IMG/VR virus record: IMGVR_UViG_3300044621_002455
DNA: 20,000 nucleotides
Strand: one strand, 5' to 3'
Source: an uncultured virus (IMG/VR IMGVR_UViG_3300044621_002455)
Lineage: Duplodnaviria; Heunggongvirae; Uroviricota; Caudoviricetes
Positions 16,869-20,000 of the stretch are shown piece after piece; the first letter of the stretch is position 1; each line of letters opens with the position of its first letter. A program made the position numbers and the translations under genes. The notes below the pieces were generated by a model. That model worked only from the letters and a program-made list of their open reading frames with translations. It ran no database searches and was not told where the DNA came from.

Positions 16869-17237
16869 TCAGAGGAGGCCGAGGCGAGCGGCTCGCTTGA
16901 GCAGAGCAGAGCGGGAGGCCTTCGCCAGAGAAGAGGAGCTCTCGCCAGCTTGAGCCAGAGCCTCGATCAACAGAGCGCGAGGAGAGGCCTCAGAGAGAGG
17001 CTCGGGCAGAGAAGCGGCGAGGCGCTCGAGGAGAGCAGCAACAGAGCGAAGGAAGGGAGCGAGGCGGCCTCGCTCCTGCCAGAGGCGAGAGGCGAGAGCA
17101 TGGCAGAGAGCCAGAGAGAACAGGAGAGCCTCGAGAGAGCGAGAGGCGATCGCCTGCCATGGCAGAGAAGAGAGCGCCTCGATCGCGTCAGACAGAGGAG
17201 GGAAGGAGGGGGATCTATGGGGGGAAGGAGCGAGCAT
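16869..17237 (-). CDS. Hypothetical helical protein (122 aa)
   Basis: ATG 17237 with CTTCTCTTCTC leader downstream of the TATTGT promoter at 17287-17292. Confidence 0.6.
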   Translation of the reverse strand: MLAPSPHRSPSFPPLSDAIEALSSLPWQAIASRSLEALLFSLALCHALASRLWQERGRLAPFLRSVAALLERLAASLPEPLSEASPRALLIEALAQAGESSSSLAKASRSALLKRAARLGLL

Positions 17238-17286
17238 GAGAAGAGAAGCGAGGGGACAGAGGCCAGGAGGAGCGGCCTCGATCGAG

Positions 17287-17347
17287 ACAATAAAGAGAAG
17301 AGGAGAGGAGGCCAGAGGCTCTCTGGCCCATTGAAATATTTCGTAAC
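17287..17347 (-). promoter_or_regulatory. Early-type promoter module: GTTACGAAAT - hairpin - TATTGT
   Basis: Similar architecture at 16058-16121, 18888-18938 and 19355-19403; only the TATTGT box is visible at 19987-19992 (window edge). Confidence 0.6.
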
Positions 17348-17408
17348 GTATGTGCCTATGCGCCTTGGCGCATAAAAGCATAGGCGGCCAAGCATGACTG
17401 GTTGCAAT

Positions 17409-17613
17409 ACGTATCAGTATCAACGAACTGGCATGATCAGTATCAACAACAGACTGCGCTTGTGATCATGATCATGATCAAACGGTGCTATCAGTACGTA
17501 TCAGGAATCAATGCCTGATAACGATCAGTATCAAGAATTGGGCCTGATCATGATACGTATCACGGCCGCCGCTGCTACGGTTCCGTATCAGTAGCGATAG
17601 TACAAATGTACTA
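17409..17613. repeat. ATCA (GTATCA / TGATCA) motif array
   Basis: 15 ATCA on the + strand in about 180 bp; palindromes TGATACGTATCA and TAGTACA-AA-TGTACTA. Confidence 0.85.
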
Positions 17614-17641
17614 GAAAAATGGCCTATTTAAGCGCTTCTAA

Positions 17642-17695
17642 TATACCGCATTTCAGCAAGTCCCTATACCGCCTTTTAGCAAGTCCCTATACCGC
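17642..17695. repeat. 23-bp-period tandem repeat
   Basis: AGCAAGTCCCTATACCGC at 17655 and 17678, plus a partial TATACCGC at 17642. Confidence 0.85.
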
Positions 17696-17716
17696 TTCCC
17701 ATCGTTTCCAAAATTT

Positions 17717-17875
17717 TTACCAGCCATTCCCATCAAAAGCGGCCTTGATGGCCGCTTCTTCACTTTCAAACGGCCCACCAACAATTTGCTCGTCGCTGTC
17801 GCTGTAGTAATACCAACCTTCAATAAGTTCTGTGCCTTTGCAGCAGTCTTCGTTAAAGAAATCAATGAGGATCAT
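17717..17875 (-). CDS. Hypothetical protein (52 aa)
   Basis: ATGA overlap with the upstream gene; GWYY...GPFESEEAA motif common in small phage proteins. Confidence 0.65.
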   Translation of the reverse strand: MILIDFFNEDCCKGTELIEGWYYYSDSDEQIVGGPFESEEAAIKAAFDGNGW

Positions 17876-18174
17876 GCCAGAATCTCCTGAAGCCTGCCCC
17901 ACATCCATTGTTCCCTAGTGTCAGGGCGCAGCAGCTCATAGGCTTCATGATCCACGATGGCATCACCAGCACTGTCCACGTGCCCTTCAATATCGAGCTG
18001 CCAGATGCCCTTGCAGGCCCCATCAGCCCCATAAATGCCAATGATGTGCTCCCTGTCTTCCATGGCAAGCCTCACGTGGAAAATAAGCTGCTGGAGCGAA
18101 GCGGCCTGGTAGGAGCCCTTAGTGCAAGAGAAATACGGGCCGTTGTCTTGGAAGGTCTTGATGGTGGTGATCAT
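17872..18174 (-). CDS. Hypothetical protein
   Basis: 100 aa; ATGA-coupled on both sides. Confidence 0.7.
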   Translation of the reverse strand: MITTIKTFQDNGPYFSCTKGSYQAASLQQLIFHVRLAMEDREHIIGIYGADGACKGIWQLDIEGHVDSAGDAIVDHEAYELLRPDTREQWMWGRLQEILA

Positions 18175-18395
18175 TGGTCGTAAGTGGCGAGAGGTTCTTC
18201 TTCGATGGAAAGGGCAAGTTGCTTGAGCTGGTCTAGAGCTGCTCTGATCACATATGCTCTACTCACGGAAGCTTCATCAAGAAGCTCATCAAGAGCGTGG
18301 ATTTCGTCATAGAGTTCTTCAATGGAAGAGAAAGTACGTGCAGCGTAGGGCACGCCATATTCATCTTCCGAGACAAAACTAACGGGAAAAGGCAT
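18171..18395 (-). CDS. Hypothetical acidic protein
   Basis: 74 aa; tiles in the operon. Confidence 0.7.
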   Translation of the reverse strand: MPFPVSFVSEDEYGVPYAARTFSSIEELYDEIHALDELLDEASVSRAYVIRAALDQLKQLALSIEEEPLATYDQ

Positions 18396-18397
18396 GA

Positions 18398-18610
18398 TCA
18401 GCCGTTAATGCAAGAGTTGAAGAATTGTTCTGCTTCCCACTTGTGGTCGAAGAGACCGTAGGAAGTGGTGTGGAGCTGGAATTCTGTGATGCGTTCCCAG
18501 CCATAGGCTTCCCACTTGCGGGAGCCATCAGCGCAGAGATAGGACTGCACGCCGTAGCCGCTGTGCTGAGCCTGGCGATCAGCTTCAAGCTTTTCGAGGT
18601 AGGAAGACAT
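18398..18610 (-). CDS. Hypothetical protein
   Basis: 70 aa; tiles in the operon. Confidence 0.7.
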   Translation of the reverse strand: MSSYLEKLEADRQAQHSGYGVQSYLCADGSRKWEAYGWERITEFQLHTTSYGLFDHKWEAEQFFNSCING

Positions 18611-18619
18611 GATTGGTTC

Positions 18620-18847
18620 TCAATAGTTGGTCTGAAAAGAGCTATGTCGCTTTGCCAGCGGAAGCTGCAGCGTGCCAATTGTCCAGCTCTGATATTCAGA
18701 AGTGGCGCCAGGCTTGCCGAAAACGAATGTTTCAACAAACACTTCATCATGCTTAGCGTCATAGCTATAAGCGCGGCAAACACCAGTGGCAAGGTGATGG
18801 GTTTTGAGGGTTTTGCCGTTTTTGAGGTCTTGCAGGAAGTCGGTCAT
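18620..18847 (-). CDS. Hypothetical protein
   Basis: 75 aa; first gene after the promoter module at 18888. Confidence 0.65.
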   Translation of the reverse strand: MTDFLQDLKNGKTLKTHHLATGVCRAYSYDAKHDEVFVETFVFGKPGATSEYQSWTIGTLQLPLAKRHSSFQTNY

Positions 18848-18932
18848 TGTTGGTTAATCGAAAGGGAGGCTCGCGCCTCATGAAAGAACAATAAAAGAGA
18901 AGCGGGGCGTTTCCGCCCCTTTGCAACAATGC

Positions 18933-19313
18933 TTAACAGAAGGCCGTGCGTCCGTTGGAATAGGCCCACCACTGCTTGGTACCTTCGCTGGCTTCCTGCT
19001 CCCATGCTGCCCACTTCTCAGGCACAGGCTCAGAAACAATGCGGGTGCCAGCGGGCACCTTAATGGGGCCAGAGAGCGTGCTGATGGTCCATTGATCCAT
19101 CACAGGGCCATTGATGTACCAGCTCTGGCAAACGTGCAGCAGGCCAATCAGCTCAAGGGAGCGAGGATCCTCGGCGCCAGCTCTCTGCTGGGTGGGGAAA
19201 GGCTGGTGCCAGTTCGGCACGGTGACAGTGATCTTGATGCGATCCAGCTCTTCAAATTTGGTCCAGTAGCCAGGGCCGGTGAGCTGCTCGACGGAGTGGT
19301 TGATGATTGCCAC
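18933..19313 (-). CDS. Hypothetical protein (126 aa, GTG start)
   Basis: A GTG at 19313 lies after the TATTGT box at 19355-19360 and a pyrimidine leader. Confidence 0.65.
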   Translation of the reverse strand: MAIINHSVEQLTGPGYWTKFEELDRIKITVTVPNWHQPFPTQQRAGAEDPRSLELIGLLHVCQSWYINGPVMDQWTISTLSGPIKVPAGTRIVSEPVPEKWAAWEQEASEGTKQWWAYSNGRTAFC

Positions 19314-19407
19314 GGAAGGAAAGCGAAGAAAGGGCGTCGCCGCCCATGCAGAGAACAATACAGCATGACGGGGCCTGTGACGAGGCCCGTTACATTTCGT
19401 AATATTC

Positions 19408-19608
19408 TTAATAGAGGCTCTTTATTGAGAATGGCCCAAGCCTGCCAATGCGTAGGGCGGTTTCCTTGACAAATTGCTGGCTATTGGTTTTTGTATTTTT
19501 GATTTTATGCAAGCCAGTTTCCGTTATCTTCACCACTGCATATTCGCCCCTCCATTGTTGAAAGCCTGAATCATAAAGGTCAACGAGGGTTCCAATGGGG
19601 AAAGGCAT
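19408..19608 (-). CDS. Small hypothetical protein (SH3/KOW-like beta pattern)
   Basis: FPIGTLVDL...GEYAVVKI pattern. Confidence 0.6.
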   Translation of the reverse strand: MPFPIGTLVDLYDSGFQQWRGEYAVVKITETGLHKIKNTKTNSQQFVKETALRIGRLGPFSIKSLY

Positions 19609-19672
19609 GATAGTATTTGTGTTCCCAATGATTTCTTCATTGAGGCGTTACCAGCGAGGGAGCACGCTGTGA

Positions 19673-19698
19673 GGGCTAGGCCTCGTGAAGCCTAGCCC
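19673..19698. terminator. Intergenic hairpin
   Basis: gggctaggc-ctcgtgaa-gcctagccc just after the stop of 19710-19964; no clear U tract. Confidence 0.45.
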
Positions 19699-19709
19699 AG
19701 CTCTACCAT

Positions 19710-19964
19710 TCAGCCTTGCTGGGCCATGATGCCCATGAGAATTTCTTCCACATAGCTTTTGGTGGCGCGAAGCTTCTCAAGGGCTTCTGTTCTTTCATCA
19801 CGAGCTTTGTAAAACGTTTCCCAATCATTAAAATCACGTCCGTTGCATGTGGCTTCACAGAGCGTGTCGATGGCGGAATCAATAGCCTTGTAAGCGGCGT
19901 GATATTCGTTCCAAAGGGTTTTGCCGCCAGTGCCGTTGAGAGTGATGGTGGGGATGGTTGCCAT
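19710..19964 (-). CDS. Hypothetical protein (84 aa)
   Basis: MATIPTITLNGTGGKTL..EY...NGRDF; follows the TATTGT box at 19987. Confidence 0.7.
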   Translation of the reverse strand: MATIPTITLNGTGGKTLWNEYHAAYKAIDSAIDTLCEATCNGRDFNDWETFYKARDERTEALEKLRATKSYVEEILMGIMAQQG

Positions 19965-20000
19965 GGTTTGAGGCGCGAACAAGGGAACAATACAAAAGAA

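Larger units (their letters stand above)
13690..17330. other. Compositionally extreme GA-rich (+) / CT-rich (-) gene island
   Basis: Abrupt switch to GAG/AGG/CTC/GCG-dominated sequence. Hand count in 16201-16860 (660 nt): 13 AC, 4 GT, 3 TT. Confidence 0.95.

Noticed and set aside
13690..17330. Island as a (GA)n microsatellite, eukaryotic contamination or sequencing artefact
   Set aside because: It has no periodicity, encodes a GP88-like phage protein, and shares promoter motifs with the normal-composition genes to its right. Read-level confirmation is still desirable.
13690..17330. Alternative genetic code or stop-codon reassignment
   Set aside because: TAA, TAG and TGA all terminate well-tiled genes in the window, and conserved proteins are uninterrupted.
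13862..17375. Long + strand E/R/G-rich ORFs in the island (e.g. 16347-17375, 15794-16264)
   Set aside because: They are shadows of T depletion, which removes stop codons. The minus-strand ORFs have the promoters, leaders, tiling and a recognisable family.
17409..17695. CRISPR array or NtcA sites
   Set aside because: There are no constant 25-40 bp repeats with unique spacers. The closest NtcA-like match, GTAGCGATAGTAC, is GTA-N7-TAC rather than N8.

Overview
A segment of a tailed dsDNA phage, most likely a cyanophage: it carries a compact cyanophage-type class I ribonucleotide reductase, a DUF4278-like peptide behind a glutamine-riboswitch-like element, and HIP1-like sites. From left to right: a sugar-modification cassette (glycosyltransferase-like, FAD oxidoreductase, TIM-barrel isomerase, NAD epimerase; 51-3142); head morphogenesis and portal genes on the minus strand, divergent from a nuclease-like gene and the terminase large subunit (3145-7613); a candidate structured ncRNA and riboswitch (7949-8356); a phosphoesterase, a degenerate tRNA and RNR beta/alpha (8751-11737); a structured non-coding gap and an HNH endonuclease (12190-13212); and a run of small leftward early-type genes (17717-19964). 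The most unusual feature is a sharply bounded ~3.6 kb island (about 13690-17330). Its + (template) strand is dominated by G/A, with T, GT, AC and TT strongly depleted, yet it still encodes credible minus-strand proteins, including a GP88-like protein. It is punctuated by repeated palindromes and promoter modules, bracketed by related TATGCG..CGCATA and GTAC-N4-GTAC motifs, and bordered on the right by a dense ATCA array. My inference is a first-injected or terminal-repeat host-takeover module rewritten to avoid particular sequence motifs. All family assignments are from motif recognition, not database searches.
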